From: an uncultured Bacilli bacterium
Lineage (GTDB): Bacteria; Bacillota_I; Bacilli_A; RFN20; CAG-826
Reading direction: 5' to 3'
DNA length: 63,879 bases
Assembly (NCBI GenBank): GCA_905235515.1
Contig: CAJOLV010000009.1
Span: forward strand, 1 to 63,879
Below are positions 39,285 to 49,169 of the stretch, in pieces; the first letter of the stretch is position 1; every line of letters starts with the position of its first letter. The notes beneath the pieces are model-generated. The model was not told the DNA's origin. It worked only from the letters and a program-made list of their open reading frames with translations, and ran no database searches. Both the position numbers and the translations under genes were made by a program.

Positions 39285-40069
39285 TTAAGAGCGTCCTTAA
39301 TAGTAGAGAATTCATAATCATTTTCTTTAAGAAAATGGATGATTTTTTTAATTTTATCTAAATAGTCTTTTCGACCATGGTTAATAAAATATTTTAATCT
39401 CTTATTCGCATTACTTGGTAATGGCAATTCGCCTTCATAAATTTCAAATGGATGAAAATAGAAAATATAATAATTGTGAGAAGAGATATATTTCTTTACC
39501 CAAGATAAATATTTATGACGTGGAAAACCTCTACCATATCCACCACCGGAAATTAGAATCTTTTTTCCTAAAAAATATTTTTTAATAAGAGGCACTTCAT
39601 ATAGTCCATTTAATTGATAAATTTCTCCATCTTTCATAGATGAACTGGAATTATAAATAAAACCATTTTCTTTTAATACTTTGAGTAATTCATCGCGATA
39701 TTCAAAACAAGGGAAACGATAGCCGATTGGCTCTACATCTAGCTCTTCTTTCAATATTTCTTTGCTCTTTTTGATTAATAAATCAAAATCTTTTTTAGAT
39801 ATATCTTTAATAACCTCGTGTTCATAGCAATGTAAAGCAATCTCATGACCTTGTTTGATGGCCTTTAATAAAAAGTCCTTACACTTTGGCAAGAAACTAA
39901 TTGTTACAAAAAAGGTCGCTTTAATATTTTCTTTTTCTAATAAATCTAAGAAACGGTCAATTTGATCCGCACAGTTAAACTTATCGTCCACAACAATATC
40001 GGTGTTTTGTAAGCTCGTCGTATCATAATACGATTCGACATCCATAGTCATGAACGCTTGTTTTTTCAT
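39281..40069 (-). CDS. Polysaccharide deacetylase family protein (DUF3473-type)
   Basis: TMDVESY, KATFFV, GHEIALHCYEH, GYRFP and FYFHPFE motifs. Confidence 0.88.
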   Translation of the reverse strand: MKKQAFMTMDVESYYDTTSLQNTDIVVDDKFNCADQIDRFLDLLEKENIKATFFVTISFLPKCKDFLLKAIKQGHEIALHCYEHEVIKDISKKDFDLLIKKSKEILKEELDVEPIGYRFPCFEYRDELLKVLKENGFIYNSSSSMKDGEIYQLNGLYEVPLIKKYFLGKKILISGGGYGRGFPRHKYLSWVKKYISSHNYYIFYFHPFEIYEGELPLPSNANKRLKYFINHGRKDYLDKIKKIIHFLKENDYEFSTIKDALK

Positions 40070-40072
40070 TAA

Positions 40073-41014
40073 TTAGCAATTCTCCTTTAAGAAATTGATA
40101 ATTGCAGCGTCATATTGTTCAGTTTGATTAATGCGTACGTGCGAATGTTCTCCGTGTTCAAACCATTCCAAGACTTTCTTTTCTGAAGAACATTTATCAT
40201 AGAGGAGTTGACCATATTTAGGAACGGAATATGTATCTTCTTTACTGTAAATAAATAAGATTGGTTTATTTAATCTATTAACATAGTTAATAGGACCATG
40301 CTTTTTTGGGGAGCGACCAGCCACTAATGTGATTAAGGCCATAACTTCTTGAGTATATGGGAATAAAGGTTTTTTCCTTTCAATTAAATGGTTTTTAAAG
40401 CTTTCATTAAAATTGATATACATGCCATCTGCAACAATACCTTTGATATAGTCTGGACATTCTTTATCGCATATTGCGTATAAACCAGTCGCAGAGCCAA
40501 TGCAAATACCGTGTATAACAACTTCTTTAACGCCTAATTCATCGTGGATATATCTTGCCCAGTTAAGAATATCTTTATATTCTTTTAAGCCTAAGCAATT
40601 ATATTTACCTTCACTTAACCCGTGACAACGATTATCAATCGCAACAATGTTATAGCCAGCTTTTCTATATGGTTCAGAAAAATAATATGAATATGTTCCT
40701 GATTCCATTCTGCCTGGGATGACAATGACAGCTTTGTCATTGCCAAAATCAAAATATTCCGCGACTAATTTAAAACCACAACTAGTGATAGAAATGGTTT
40801 TACGATATTGTTCGTATTTCTTGCCCCACTCTTCGCCGATAGCGAACATTTGTTTTTGTTCTTCATTATCCCAAGAAACTGTTCTAGACCATTTATCTTT
40901 ATTTTTACGAACAAGTAAAACTGTATATATGACATTAGAAACAATCATAGTTGGGAGAAAATAAAAAAGTATGGCTGCTCCAATTATTCCTAAGACAATA
41001 TATAAAGCAATCAT
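40073..41014 (-). CDS. Membrane-anchored alpha/beta hydrolase with Cys at the nucleophile elbow
   Basis: N-terminal TM; DNRCHGLSEG, HGICIGS (GxCxG in place of GxSxG) and HGEHSH motifs. Confidence 0.8.
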   Translation of the reverse strand: MIALYIVLGIIGAAILFYFLPTMIVSNVIYTVLLVRKNKDKWSRTVSWDNEEQKQMFAIGEEWGKKYEQYRKTISITSCGFKLVAEYFDFGNDKAVIVIPGRMESGTYSYYFSEPYRKAGYNIVAIDNRCHGLSEGKYNCLGLKEYKDILNWARYIHDELGVKEVVIHGICIGSATGLYAICDKECPDYIKGIVADGMYINFNESFKNHLIERKKPLFPYTQEVMALITLVAGRSPKKHGPINYVNRLNKPILFIYSKEDTYSVPKYGQLLYDKCSSEKKVLEWFEHGEHSHVRINQTEQYDAAIINFLKENC

Positions 41015-41015
41015 A

Positions 41016-42653
41016 TTAAAATAACCCCACGATTAAATCGTAAATATTTTCTCCACCATCAATAACAGTGGCTTCAATATTAGAATAGTTATCATAGATA
41101 AAATCTTGAATTTGTTCCATTAATTCATCATCAGATGATTTGCCTTTAAAGATAACCATCGCGAATTTATCATCGATATTTTCGACTTTAGATAATGTTT
41201 CTTTAAAGGTCTCAAAAGCAGATTGCTTTGAGGAGACTAATTCATCATTAATAGTCCCAACTTTATCACCGATTGCACATTTAAAGCCATTACTATCATA
41301 ATTTTTAATCGCACTAGAAACAGTGATTGTATCCACTGCATTAATGTTATCTTTGAAAGCATTAATACGATTTTCACTAGTATCTTCTGGTAGATCAACT
41401 TGCAATGCATAGAAGCCTTCTATCACGCTTCTTGAAGGAATGATAAACGCTTTTTTTGTTTTTAATAATTCAATAGCTTGTTTAGCAGCACCAATAATAT
41501 TGACATTATTTGGGAATATGACGATATTATCAGCATTAACAGCATTCATAGCGTTAACAAATTCATTAGTGGATGTATTCATGCTTTGTCCACCTTGAAT
41601 GACAATATCGACACCCATATCTCGATAAGCAGCTTCTAAGCCATCACCATCGACGACAGCAATAATAGCGAGACTTTTTCTCGGTAAATCTTTTTCTTTA
41701 TGGATAATTTTGAATTCGTTATGTTGAAGTTGCATATTCTCCATTTTAAAGGAAATAAATTCACCATATTGTCTTGCAATAGCGATCACTTCTTGTGGCA
41801 ATAAAGTATGAATATGAACTTTTACAATAGTTCCTTCTTGTAGGGCAACAATAGAGTTACCTAAAGGCTTGATAGTTTCAATAAAATTATTGAGATTGAA
41901 GGTCTTTTTAAAGTCTTTGCTATTCATTAATTGAAGCAAGAATTCTGTGCAGTATCCTTCGACAAATTGGGAATTTTCATCGAAGAATGGCTGGGAAAAT
42001 TCCACTTTTTGTTCAATTTCTGAAATTTCTGTGCCATCAAGTATTTCTCCATTAAGAAACTTATTCATGCCTTCCACTATTTTGATATAGCCATAAGCAC
42101 CACTATCTAAAACGTTAGCTTCCTTTAATGTTGGAAGAAGGTTAGGAGTCTCTTTGAGAGATTTATTCATTTCGCTAAGATATAACTCCATAGTTTGAGC
42201 GATTGTGATATCGCCTTGGATAAGGCTTTTGATATTTTCAATACCTTCTTTAGCGACAGTTAAAATAGTGCCTTCAACTGGATTAATAACCGCGTTATAG
42301 GCTACTTTATATGCGGAAATTAAAGCGTTTTTTAATTCTTTTGGATTAACAATGCCTTTGGATTCTAATTCATTTGACATTCCTTTAAATAATTGGGATA
42401 AGATAACGCCTGAATTACCTCTTGCGCCTAATAGCATGCCACTAGCGACCTCTTTTAAATATTCACCTAAGTGTTTATTCTTTTTGGCTTTTTTATAGCC
42501 ATGTTCAAGAGTTAAACGCATATTTGTGCCAGTGTCACCATCAGCCACAGGAAAAACATTCATGCTGTTAAGTTCTTTTTCAGCATTAATTAGATTAAAC
42601 AGGGCGTTTTTTAACATCCCTTGAAATGTTAATCCATTAATTGTATTTCCCAT
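41016..42653 (-). CDS. DAK2-domain fatty acid kinase catalytic subunit (FakA/YloV-like)
   Basis: NVFPVADGDTGTNM, GARGNSGVILSQ, GYCTEF, KVHIHT and GGQSMN motifs. Confidence 0.93.
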   Translation of the reverse strand: MGNTINGLTFQGMLKNALFNLINAEKELNSMNVFPVADGDTGTNMRLTLEHGYKKAKKNKHLGEYLKEVASGMLLGARGNSGVILSQLFKGMSNELESKGIVNPKELKNALISAYKVAYNAVINPVEGTILTVAKEGIENIKSLIQGDITIAQTMELYLSEMNKSLKETPNLLPTLKEANVLDSGAYGYIKIVEGMNKFLNGEILDGTEISEIEQKVEFSQPFFDENSQFVEGYCTEFLLQLMNSKDFKKTFNLNNFIETIKPLGNSIVALQEGTIVKVHIHTLLPQEVIAIARQYGEFISFKMENMQLQHNEFKIIHKEKDLPRKSLAIIAVVDGDGLEAAYRDMGVDIVIQGGQSMNTSTNEFVNAMNAVNADNIVIFPNNVNIIGAAKQAIELLKTKKAFIIPSRSVIEGFYALQVDLPEDTSENRINAFKDNINAVDTITVSSAIKNYDSNGFKCAIGDKVGTINDELVSSKQSAFETFKETLSKVENIDDKFAMVIFKGKSSDDELMEQIQDFIYDNYSNIEATVIDGGENIYDLIVGLF

Positions 42654-42655
42654 GA

Positions 42656-44071
42656 TTATTGTTCAGGATTTGTTCCTTCTTCGAGTAAATCTGGTTCCAC
42701 TGTTTCTTCTTGAACCTTCTCCTTATTCACTCTGCCGAGTTCAGAAATGGATTTTGGTAAAAAGAACGCTAAACCAAACGCAATGAGTGTCGCGACTGCT
42801 GCCACGATTGTAATGTAGAATGTTCCTTTGTGCCCTAAAATATTTGCGGTTTTTAACACAGTTAAAATAGCAGTGCCACCAATACCACTAGCGACTCCAG
42901 AGAATAAACCTTGGACAGCGAAATACATCGCAGAGTGGGAGATGCCAGTTCTCTTTTCATCATCGGCAGCGAGTTGAGATGGGATGGAATAAGCCACTGC
43001 AAACATCGCACCGATAGAGAACGAGGAAGCGACACCACAGACCATACCAAGGATCATCTTGACTGTGTCGGAAACATTTAATAATGAGATGCCAAAGAAT
43101 GCTAGCATACCTAACGCAAAGATTAATAATGTATATTGGAAAGCAAACTTAAAGCCTCTCTTAGCAATTAATTTATTATAAATAAGAAATGTAAATGGAA
43201 CAGGAGCAAACGCCGCTGCCATAACTGGTGTCATTGGTAAACCAGTAATGGAGAAGTATTCGTTGATGCCATTTAAGAATAATTGAAGACCTAAAGTCAT
43301 AAATGAATAGACAATCATCCAAATGATAAAGTCTTTATTTTTAAACGTATAGCCGACTGATTTAAAGAGATTGACAGTCTTTTCAACTTCTCCAACGCCA
43401 TCTTTAGTGCTCTCTTCCTTAATCATAAATAATGGAATTAGCATCAATAACACCAATGGTAAGCAAACTAATGCGACATATTTAATATTCAAACCTTTTA
43501 AAATCATTGGCACTAAAGCAAAACCAAAGATGAAATAGGTAATATCTGCAATAGATTTTGTATTAGATAAGAAACGACGATCTTTTTCATTGTCAACAAT
43601 TTCTGTAAATGTCGCATAATATGTGACCATTGTTAATGTATAGAATGAATAGAAAATAGCGAGAACAAGGAAGTAATACCAAGTATTAAGGAGTGATCTT
43701 TCCGCTAATTGAGGGACAAACAAGGCAAAAGCCACATAAGCTAATGTCATCGGTATTAAACCAATAATTAAGGATGGTCTTCTTCTCCCCCATCTAGTTT
43801 TTAATCTATCGGTCAATTGGGCCATTGGGATATCAATAACACCATCAATAACCTTAGCGATAACACCAAACACTGCCCATAGACCTGGAGCGACAAGATA
43901 CATAATTCCTTCAGAGCCGGCAAATGTGTGTGTTGCCCATTGTGCTTCGGCAAAACCTTCAGCGATAATCGCACTACATAAGTATGAGCCCATGATAAGG
44001 TTTAAAAAGTTAACGCCTAACGCCCCAAAAGCGTAAAGGATTAATTTAGCTTTACTCCTAATTGGTTTCAT
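42656..44071 (-). CDS. MFS transporter, GPH/MFS_2 (MelB/MFSD2-like) family
   Basis: DGVIDIPMAQLTDRLKTRWGRRRP motif; about 12 TM segments. Confidence 0.9.
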   Translation of the reverse strand: MKPIRSKAKLILYAFGALGVNFLNLIMGSYLCSAIIAEGFAEAQWATHTFAGSEGIMYLVAPGLWAVFGVIAKVIDGVIDIPMAQLTDRLKTRWGRRRPSLIIGLIPMTLAYVAFALFVPQLAERSLLNTWYYFLVLAIFYSFYTLTMVTYYATFTEIVDNEKDRRFLSNTKSIADITYFIFGFALVPMILKGLNIKYVALVCLPLVLLMLIPLFMIKEESTKDGVGEVEKTVNLFKSVGYTFKNKDFIIWMIVYSFMTLGLQLFLNGINEYFSITGLPMTPVMAAAFAPVPFTFLIYNKLIAKRGFKFAFQYTLLIFALGMLAFFGISLLNVSDTVKMILGMVCGVASSFSIGAMFAVAYSIPSQLAADDEKRTGISHSAMYFAVQGLFSGVASGIGGTAILTVLKTANILGHKGTFYITIVAAVATLIAFGLAFFLPKSISELGRVNKEKVQEETVEPDLLEEGTNPEQ

Positions 44072-44073
44072 GA

Positions 44074-45015
44074 TTATTTACCAACTTTCTCCATAATTTT
44101 CTTAATAGCTTCTGTTTCTTGGACTAAATCTTGACTAATTGGTTTGCCATAATAATAGGCCGCCATTAAACCTGGACCGACATTGATACCGCAATTTGGC
44201 ATAACGTCATTGATATAAACAGCCTTTGGATGGAATTTTTCAATTATTAATTGTTTGAAAGTTTCAGCTTGTTTATGACGATTGCTAGTAGCGATAAAGA
44301 CAATTTGATTTTGAATATCGGTTGAGAATTCTTCAATGTATTGAAGTAAGATTTCAATTGTTTGTTTTTCGCCTTTACCTTTACCGATAACAGTGGTTAA
44401 ACCATTATAGTCAAATTCACCAATTGGCTTAATGCCAATTAAAGAACCAAAGAACGCTTTTGCGTGAGTGATTCTACCTTTTTTCGCAACGAAGGATAAA
44501 TCATCCATCCAACCAGTTTGGTGGAAATGGTTCTTGTTTTCTTCTAACCAGTCAAAGACTTCTTTAATGGATTTGCCTTCTTTTCTTAAATCAGAGGCAT
44601 AAGTCGCCATTAAACCAGCGGCCGGTCCAAATCTTAATGTATCAACAATATATAATTCGGCTTCTGGATATTTTGCTTTAATTTCTTCTTGGGCTTTGCT
44701 CATAAAGGAATATGTGCCACTGATACCAGTAGATATACACAAAACTAATAAGCCAATTCCCGCTTTAGCATGTTTTTCAAATTCAATAAAACATTCTTGA
44801 GTGTTCGGTGGAGAAGTTTTATACCCATCTGGATCTCTTTTGAGATCTTTATAAAATTGGTCTCTTTCTTCTGGTGACCAGCTATTGATAGCGTCGTGTT
44901 CTTTTCCATCTGGGGTTGTGTAATGACCCATGATCATTTCGATGTCATACTCTTTTAAGAGTTGATCGGAAAGTTCACAAGTGTTATCAACCATAATTGC
45001 AAACTTCTTACTCAT
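44074..45015 (-). CDS. DegV-family fatty acid binding protein (FakB-like)
   Basis: IMVDNTC, KTSPP, ISTGISGT, KKGRI, IKPI and NVGPG motifs. Confidence 0.92.
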   Translation of the reverse strand: MSKKFAIMVDNTCELSDQLLKEYDIEMIMGHYTTPDGKEHDAINSWSPEERDQFYKDLKRDPDGYKTSPPNTQECFIEFEKHAKAGIGLLVLCISTGISGTYSFMSKAQEEIKAKYPEAELYIVDTLRFGPAAGLMATYASDLRKEGKSIKEVFDWLEENKNHFHQTGWMDDLSFVAKKGRITHAKAFFGSLIGIKPIGEFDYNGLTTVIGKGKGEKQTIEILLQYIEEFSTDIQNQIVFIATSNRHKQAETFKQLIIEKFHPKAVYINDVMPNCGINVGPGLMAAYYYGKPISQDLVQETEAIKKIMEKVGK

Positions 45016-45955
45016 CTAGTGTACCTCCGTTAGTATTTAAGAAAGTTATAAATTGTTTAATGACTGTCTCCCCACCAAAAGTGAGAGCAATCGCATGACC
45101 CGCTCCTTCAACAAGAATCTTCTTTTTAGAAGAAGCACATTTATCATAATTATCATTAAAAAAGTCCATTTTGACAACAATATCTTTACTCCCCTGAGTA
45201 AATAAAGTTGGAATTTTGTTAGATTGGAGAGAAATTCTTGTATCGTCTTCACGGAAATCTGCTTTTAAGATTTTTTTTGTAAACCATCTCACTAATCCCA
45301 TAAAAATACCTTTTGGAATGTGACGTTGTATAGAAATATAGTCCACTAATTCAAAAACATTAGTGTACGCAGCATCAATCACCATCGCTTTAACGATATT
45401 TGCATCAAAATAAGGTGAGGCTAACGCAACAGTTGTCGCGCCCATAGAAGCGCCATATAAATAGATGTTTTCACACTTCTTTTCATTATGAATATAATCA
45501 ACCCAAGCAAGAGCATCTTTCTTTTCATGATATCCGAATGAAGTAAACCTACCATCACTAAGGCCATGAGCTCTTGAATAGATGAGCAAAACATTATATC
45601 CTTCGCTTAGTAATCTTAACACTAAGTTAGGAAATAAAAGAGTTGGCTCAGTTCTCAAACCATGAAAGAAAATGATAGTCTTTTTTGAGTTATTTTCATA
45701 ATAACGGCCACGTAGTGTTAAACCATCAAAAGATTTAATTTCCACTATTTCGTGGGGTGTTTGCATCAATTTATCATGCGATTCCAGCATTTCTTGACGA
45801 GTTTTCTCATAATCTGGATTTGTGTCAAACGCCTTTCTAACTTTCTCATCAGACCATCTTCTATAGTTCGCATAGAAAACAAAATATGAGGCAATAACAT
45901 GAGGGATTACCACCAGAAATAAGATTGCACCAACAACAATTAAAGCAATGTACAT
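45008..45955 (-). CDS. Membrane-anchored alpha/beta hydrolase
   Basis: N-terminal TM; RAHGLSDG, YGASMGA, QGSKD and GAGHA motifs. Confidence 0.88.
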   Translation of the reverse strand: MYIALIVVGAILFLVVIPHVIASYFVFYANYRRWSDEKVRKAFDTNPDYEKTRQEMLESHDKLMQTPHEIVEIKSFDGLTLRGRYYENNSKKTIIFFHGLRTEPTLLFPNLVLRLLSEGYNVLLIYSRAHGLSDGRFTSFGYHEKKDALAWVDYIHNEKKCENIYLYGASMGATTVALASPYFDANIVKAMVIDAAYTNVFELVDYISIQRHIPKGIFMGLVRWFTKKILKADFREDDTRISLQSNKIPTLFTQGSKDIVVKMDFFNDNYDKCASSKKKILVEGAGHAIALTFGGETVIKQFITFLNTNGGTLDE

Positions 45956-45957
45956 TA

Positions 45958-46638
45958 TTAACCTCTTTTTACTTTCTTTTCTTTATAGTGATTTTCACAT
46001 AAATCTTCTAGTTTTTCTTCTTGCTCACGAAGATATGCGGTAGCGTTATCTAAATCGTTTTTTGTTAAAATAGAACCAGTTTTAAAATCGTTTGGGCTAA
46101 TCGGTTCACCCATTGCAATGATTAAACGGCTATACCAATGTGGTCTTCTTTTAATATAGACAGGAATAATTGGTGAACCACTACGCAACGCCATCATAAC
46201 AGCGCCATTTTTAAACATTTGAACACCTTCAGAGGATAAATTGACTTTTCCTTCTGGGAACATAGTGACGATATTACCAACTTTTAAGTTATCAGTAATT
46301 TCTTTAAATGTCGCAAAAGAGAAATTATCTCTATCAATTTCAATACATTTAAAACCTTTAGTGAATAACCAATGTTTAAACTTACCAGCAAATAATTCTT
46401 TTGTGGCGATGAAATGGTGTCTTCTCCTCCATAATCCGATCATTAAAAGCATTGGATCCACCATTGTTATGTGATTAGAAATGATTAAGTTACCGCCCTT
46501 CATCTTTTTATTAGCTTTAGCTTTATCAGAGATATAAATGATTTTTGGACGATACAAAAGTAAGCCAGGAGAAGCAGTAATCCTGACAAAATCAAAGAAT
46601 AAATATCTTAAACTTATCGCTCTATTTCTTTTGACCAT
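45958..46638 (-). CDS. 1-acyl-sn-glycerol-3-phosphate acyltransferase (PlsC-like)
   Basis: SNHITMVDP and MFPEG motifs. Confidence 0.9.
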   Translation of the reverse strand: MVKRNRAISLRYLFFDFVRITASPGLLLYRPKIIYISDKAKANKKMKGGNLIISNHITMVDPMLLMIGLWRRRHHFIATKELFAGKFKHWLFTKGFKCIEIDRDNFSFATFKEITDNLKVGNIVTMFPEGKVNLSSEGVQMFKNGAVMMALRSGSPIIPVYIKRRPHWYSRLIIAMGEPISPNDFKTGSILTKNDLDNATAYLREQEEKLEDLCENHYKEKKVKRG

Positions 46639-47251
46639 CTAGCTTTCCTTTTAATTCAATTATTCTATCTCTTAACAAATTAGTAATGTTAGTAACATTT
46701 TCTTTTTCTGTTTTAGTTATATCGTAATAGTCAAATGCATTAAATGGTTTACCAATTATTACTCGGGCTCTTTTCTTTTTAAAATAGGAGCCATTTGTGG
46801 CGCATGGAATAATTGGTGCTTTACTTTGTAAAGCAAGAAGAATAACGCTTTGTTTAAATTCTAAAGGTTTTTCTTCTTCTGGTTTTGGAATACGACTCTC
46901 TGGAAATGTCCCCACTACTCCACCCTTATTAATCACTTCATTGCTCTTATCTAAGAATGATAAGTCATGTGTGTTTCTATTCACATAAATGCCGCCCATC
47001 ATTTTTAAAAACGTTTTGAGGCCTCTTCTTGTATAAAGGATTTCCGCCATTAAGTAACGGAGAATGCGGTAAAAAACAAATAAATAAACTGCATAATCAT
47101 AAACCGATGTGTGGTTACTGACTATGATTGCCCCACCTTTAATATGACGGGATTGAACTTTTTTATCTTCATAATAAATCTTGGTGCGGAAGGCACACCA
47201 TTGGACAATCCAACCAGTAATACGGACAAACCATTGAAATATAGCAATCAT
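46622..47251 (-). CDS. 1-acyl-sn-glycerol-3-phosphate acyltransferase (PlsC-like), second copy
   Basis: SNHTSVYD and TFPES motifs. Confidence 0.9.
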   Translation of the reverse strand: MIAIFQWFVRITGWIVQWCAFRTKIYYEDKKVQSRHIKGGAIIVSNHTSVYDYAVYLFVFYRILRYLMAEILYTRRGLKTFLKMMGGIYVNRNTHDLSFLDKSNEVINKGGVVGTFPESRIPKPEEEKPLEFKQSVILLALQSKAPIIPCATNGSYFKKKRARVIIGKPFNAFDYYDITKTEKENVTNITNLLRDRIIELKGKLDGQKK

Positions 47252-49167
47252 AAATTCTGTTTAATGAAACTAGAGATATCACTAACTGTGTGTTTTAACT
47301 CTTCATTCGATAATATCGAAACATTGAATTCTTCTTTAATTTTGTTATCAACAATTAAAAAATCTAAAGATGTTCCTCCATAATCAGAGAAGAAATCCAA
47401 ATTAGCGTTAATCTCTTCAGCTTTGATACCTAACACCAGTGAGAATAATTCTTTAATTTTTAAAGATATCGCATCATCAATTGCTTTATCGTCTTGGACA
47501 TTATCAGCAATAATTAAGCGATGATTCATATAATCATCAGTTAAACGTTTACGATTGAGTTTAAATTCATCTCCTTGGATTAGAGGAGTAGTCACTATTT
47601 CCACTTTACCAATTTGTTTATCTAAATTATTAGATATCATCTTCTTTTTAATCTTGTCTTTAATTTTCTCAATTGATTCTAGAGATGAGTATTTATTCAC
47701 TGACACTAATAAGGTTGGAACATTATTCTCCTTATTTAAAATGAGACACATTCCATTTACACCATCGACATATAATTCTGCTTCAATGATATTAGGGTTA
47801 AGGTTTTCACCACTGATGGAGACCACTAAATCATCTTCCCTACCATATAGATAAAATCTATCCCCTTTTCGTTTTGCTAAATCATGGGTTATAAAATAAT
47901 CGTCACTACGATTAATGACTTTGTCACCTTCAATAATATATTTGGATAAGCCTTTACTTTTAACAAGCAATTCACCACTATCATTAATTTGATATTCGAC
48001 ATATGGTAATGGATGACCGATTGATCCAGTAGTTAAATATTTATATTTATTTGATAATTCTACAGATGTGATACCAATTTCACTCATGCCATAACCATTC
48101 GCGAGATGATAACCAATATAGTTAAAGAAGGACAAAACTTCTTTTTCAATCATCGACCCACCAGTAATCATAAAATAGACAGAACCACCAAATAATTTTT
48201 CTCTTACTTCTTTAAAAGCAAGTTTTCTAAAAAGTTTACCTAAAATTGGTAATCCTTGGGTTTTCGCTGCAATTCTCATTCCTTTTTGATATTTTTGATA
48301 AGTTTTATCACCCATTGCTTTAATTTCTCTTATCGCACTTTCATATGTTTTTTGCCATAAAAGAGGGACCGCAAAGATATGGGTGACATGATGTCTTTTA
48401 ATTGTTGATTGAATTGTCGCAGGGGTTAAATTATTAAGCCTTACGAAGGTTCTTGAAAAGAAGCCAAACCAAGTATATAAAGCAATTAAACCAAAGATAT
48501 GATAAAAAGGTAAGAAAGCAAGAAGCTTTAATTCACCTTGATAATGTTTCTTAACCAATTTATTAGATAAGATAATGTGTTTACTTTGTTTAATGATATA
48601 TTTAAATTCTTCAGCGGAATATGCGCACACTTTAACATTATTAGATGTACCACTACTCATCACAAAGATTTCACTACCAAATTCTCCATTATATTGTGGA
48701 GCAATTCTATCTAAATCATCTAATCTAATAGTCTTAGTATTAAATCTTTTTTCATCATCACTGATGACTAAAATAGCTTTAGTGTTATTTAATGTGTTAT
48801 TTAATGAAGTAATATCTAATCTTTTATTTAATAAAAGTGGTCGACATCCACATTTTAAAATAGCCCAAAAAGCTTCAATCCACTGATGACTATTTTCAAG
48901 GTTTAAACCAATAACTGAATTATATGGAGTGTCGCCGATGATGTCTTTTAAAGCATTAGCCATTTTAATTGCGTTTTCTTTAGCTTCACCATAGGTGATT
49001 TTCTTAATTAAAAAGCCTAGGCTTTCTTCAAACATCACATTTGTGGATTCTAAAAACATCAAATCAAATAAATAAGAGAAGGAAATTTCTCCCTTATCTA
49101 ATAAAGAGAGTTTGTAATTAACAAACCCATTTAATGTTTTATAACCATTAATATTTGTGTATTTCAT
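47248..49167 (-). CDS. AMP-binding acyl-activating enzyme fused to a C-terminal carrier (ACP/PCP) domain
   Basis: MSSGTS, LPFYHIFG, NGYGMSE, THDL and GREDD adenylation motifs; C-terminal DFFSDYGGTSL phosphopantetheinyl-Ser motif. Confidence 0.88.
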   Translation of the reverse strand: MKYTNINGYKTLNGFVNYKLSLLDKGEISFSYLFDLMFLESTNVMFEESLGFLIKKITYGEAKENAIKMANALKDIIGDTPYNSVIGLNLENSHQWIEAFWAILKCGCRPLLLNKRLDITSLNNTLNNTKAILVISDDEKRFNTKTIRLDDLDRIAPQYNGEFGSEIFVMSSGTSNNVKVCAYSAEEFKYIIKQSKHIILSNKLVKKHYQGELKLLAFLPFYHIFGLIALYTWFGFFSRTFVRLNNLTPATIQSTIKRHHVTHIFAVPLLWQKTYESAIREIKAMGDKTYQKYQKGMRIAAKTQGLPILGKLFRKLAFKEVREKLFGGSVYFMITGGSMIEKEVLSFFNYIGYHLANGYGMSEIGITSVELSNKYKYLTTGSIGHPLPYVEYQINDSGELLVKSKGLSKYIIEGDKVINRSDDYFITHDLAKRKGDRFYLYGREDDLVVSISGENLNPNIIEAELYVDGVNGMCLILNKENNVPTLLVSVNKYSSLESIEKIKDKIKKKMISNNLDKQIGKVEIVTTPLIQGDEFKLNRKRLTDDYMNHRLIIADNVQDDKAIDDAISLKIKELFSLVLGIKAEEINANLDFFSDYGGTSLDFLIVDNKIKEEFNVSILSNEELKHTVSDISSFIKQNL

Positions 49168-49169
49168 AA

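Noticed and set aside
47248-49167. NRPS biosynthetic cluster
   Set aside because: No condensation domain; the adenylation motifs and plsC/fakAB neighbours fit fatty-acyl activation.
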